Of a stretch of 64,000 nt of DNA, positions 61,928 through 64,000 are shown piece after piece. The position numbers were made by a program, and so were the translations under genes. Position 1 is the first letter of the stretch, and each line of letters opens with the position of its first letter. The stretch lies in assembly GCA_000004695.1 (NCBI GenBank), contig CM000155.2, positions 160,001 through 224,000 on the forward strand, in the 5' to 3' direction. The stretch comes from Dictyostelium discoideum. Taxonomy: Eukaryota. Under the pieces are notes generated by a model. It saw nothing but the letters and a program-made list of their open reading frames with translations. It did not search any database and was not told the origin of the DNA.

Positions 61928-64000
61928 GAATCTTCTGTAATACTTTTTTGATTTTCAATTTGTTTATTATTAACATTTTCACTAGTACCACCAGCACCAC
62001 CATCACCATCATCTTTTTCAATATTTTCAGTATTATTATCTATATTCTTATCCTTTACTGAATTTGTAACTGTTGATATACTTTCATAAATATTTGAAAT
62101 ATTTAAACAATTTGAATAATCAATTAATGTATTTAAAATCTCTAATGATATATCAATATCAGTATCATCATCATCATCATCAGTATCAATTAAATAGGAT
62201 TGATTAATAACATAATCAAAACATTGATATAATTTATCATGAATACCTTCATCACCAAATAAAGGTACTAAATTATAAATAGATTTAAATTGTAATTCTG
62301 ATAATTTTAATATATTTAAATAAATATCTAAAATTGAAACCTATTATTTTAATATTTTAATTATAATTATTAGTAATTGATTAAATAATTTTTAAAAAGA
62401 AATAAAAAATAATATATATATATATATATATATATATTACCTTTAATTCTGTTAAATTTGTATTATTAATAATAAATAAAATATTTGGTAAAATGATTGA
62501 AGAGAAATCAAATAATGTTGAACTTGGTACATTTGAAAATAATAATGGTATGATTGAGGTTAATTTTATGTCAATCTCTTCCCTTCTCTTTGAACAATCC
62601 TTATCATTGAGTAACATACTCATTGGTAATAAAACATTAAAAAATTGACCAACAATATTATTATATAATAATGCAGGTATTTGATTTGATGATAATTTTA
62701 ATAATTTTTCAAATAAAACTAATAAAGACTAAAATATTGAAAAATTAGTATATGCTTTAATAATAAAGTAGTTTAATTAATACATACATAAATAAAATTT
62801 GCCATATATTTAAATGAAGAAAGTTTTAAATCATTTAATAAAAATAGATATTGTGATAAAACATCCCAAAGGTCAATTGATACTGAATATAAAATTGGTG
62901 AAAAATTATCAATGACACTACTAATCGATACTAATAAACCATATTGAAGATTAATTAAACGATTAATAGATGATATTACAATAATAACACCTTCATCAAT
63001 TGATTTACTATTATCATCATTACTATTACTCTTTTCTTTTTCAATATTCTTATCTTTTTCACTATTATTATTATTATTATTATTATTGTTGTTATTTTTA
63101 GAATATTGATTAAATGCCATTTCAGTTTGTACTAATAAATCTAAAGATTGATAATGTTTTGAATAACTACTTGTATTACCTGTTGTATTTGAATTTATAA
63201 TTACTGAACTCGATAATTCACAATATGTTTTTAATACCATTGGAAATATTGATTTTTCTTGTTCTTGTTGATTATTACTACTATTTAAACATTTAATAAA
63301 ATCAATGCAATCTATATATATATATATATAAAATAAATATATTTTAGTACGATATAATTGGTAATGAAAACATAACTATTATATAATGTTTAATTTACCT
63401 TTAAATAAACAAATTGTTTCTTTAAAAAATAATAATAAAACATTTGCATCATCATTTAAGAAGTTTAACATTGCTTTTATTGCAGTGATTAAATTCTCTG
63501 TAAATTCTTCATTCTCATCCAATTGTTGATGTTGTTGACTACAAATGTTTGTTGATGATTTATGTGAGAGAAAAGGTATCAATTTGAATAAGAAAAAGCA
63601 AATATCACCACTACTATCGCCAATTGCTAAACTACTATTTGGAATTTTCTCAATTAAATAACTAATTAATTTTACAATTTGATTTATATCACTTATACTT
63701 GCAGTTGATACTAAATGTGAATTTATTAATTCTGGTAATATTGATCTAATTCGTGATATATATAATTCATATTTTTGTTGTATTTTATGTGTAGTTTTAT
63801 TTTGTTGTTGTTGTTGTTTATTATTATTTGTGACTGATGTTGTGTCTAAATCTTTTTTATTATTTTTATCATCTACTATTGAATCTTTACTTAAATTGAT
63901 TGGATGATTTTGTGAATTATATTCATTACCACCTAATTGTTGAATTTCAATAATTAGGCTTACTAAATTTGAAATGAGTGATTCTTTCTCATTTTGTTCT
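54264..64000 (-). CDS. atr1: ATR-family PI3K-related protein kinase (atr1), 3' part; at least five exons in the window and the 5' end lies beyond position 64000
   Basis: The last exon is 54264..about 61640 (2446-aa ORF plus 36 nt upstream to the acceptor aattatag). It contains a FAT-like helical region, a PI3/PI4-kinase catalytic domain ([14 protein letters not shown]...HIDYNCLF...[17 protein letters not shown]) and a FATC tail ...[12 protein letters not shown]. Upstream exons are about 61741..62340 (GTAAGT donor; this exon has no in-frame ATG/GTG/TTG, which would explain its absence from the ORF track if the track requires a start codon), about 62441..62728, about 62788..63311 and about 63399..>64000 (open to the window edge). 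Confidence 0.8.

Overview
The window is nuclear genomic DNA from a dictyostelid social amoeba, almost certainly Dictyostelium discoideum. The evidence is about 78% A+T, long homopolymer and (AAT)n/(CAA)n tracts coding for poly-Asn and poly-Gln inside genes, and short AT-rich introns with GTAAGT/GTATGT...AG borders. The gene content (Grl-type family-3 GPCR, an FHA-formin the size of ForJ, an ATR homologue) also fits. It is a eukaryotic, intron-containing housekeeping region. I see no CRISPR array, no prokaryotic operon or defence island, no rRNA or tRNA gene, and no recognisable transposon. I found about 20 protein-coding genes, most of them split by one to four introns, so the gene models below join several ORFs from the six-frame track. 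In order they are: a Zn2Cys6 transcription factor; an STK16-like kinase; presenilin; a class-3/DAG-lipase-like lipase; a family-3 GPCR; CCT-beta; Ykt6; a DUS4L-like tRNA-dihydrouridine synthase; RNA polymerase I/III subunit AC19; an orphan secreted repeat protein; a Prx5-like redoxin; phosphoserine phosphatase; a vWA protein; a GT22 GPI-mannosyltransferase; type-II PI 4-kinase; a bZIP factor; a small membrane protein; CCT-eta; acireductone dioxygenase; the giant FHA-formin; and the 3' two-thirds of ATR, which runs off the window end. The most unusual structure is a local tandem segmental duplication with an internal deletion between the vWA gene and the mannosyltransferase gene. It left a chimeric serB-3'/vWA-3' pseudogene fragment, a duplicated promoter fragment and a new 23-bp palindrome. 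Other points worth a second look: a perfect (AAT)47 microsatellite coding for a poly-Asn insert inside the kinase catalytic core; a Prx5-like redoxin that appears to lack the peroxidatic cysteine; micro first exons of 6 and 15 nt in the two chaperonin genes; and CA-/G-rich boxes in the AT-rich intergenic regions. Coordinates of splice sites were counted by hand and may be off by 1-2 nt. Coordinates taken from the ORF track are exact.
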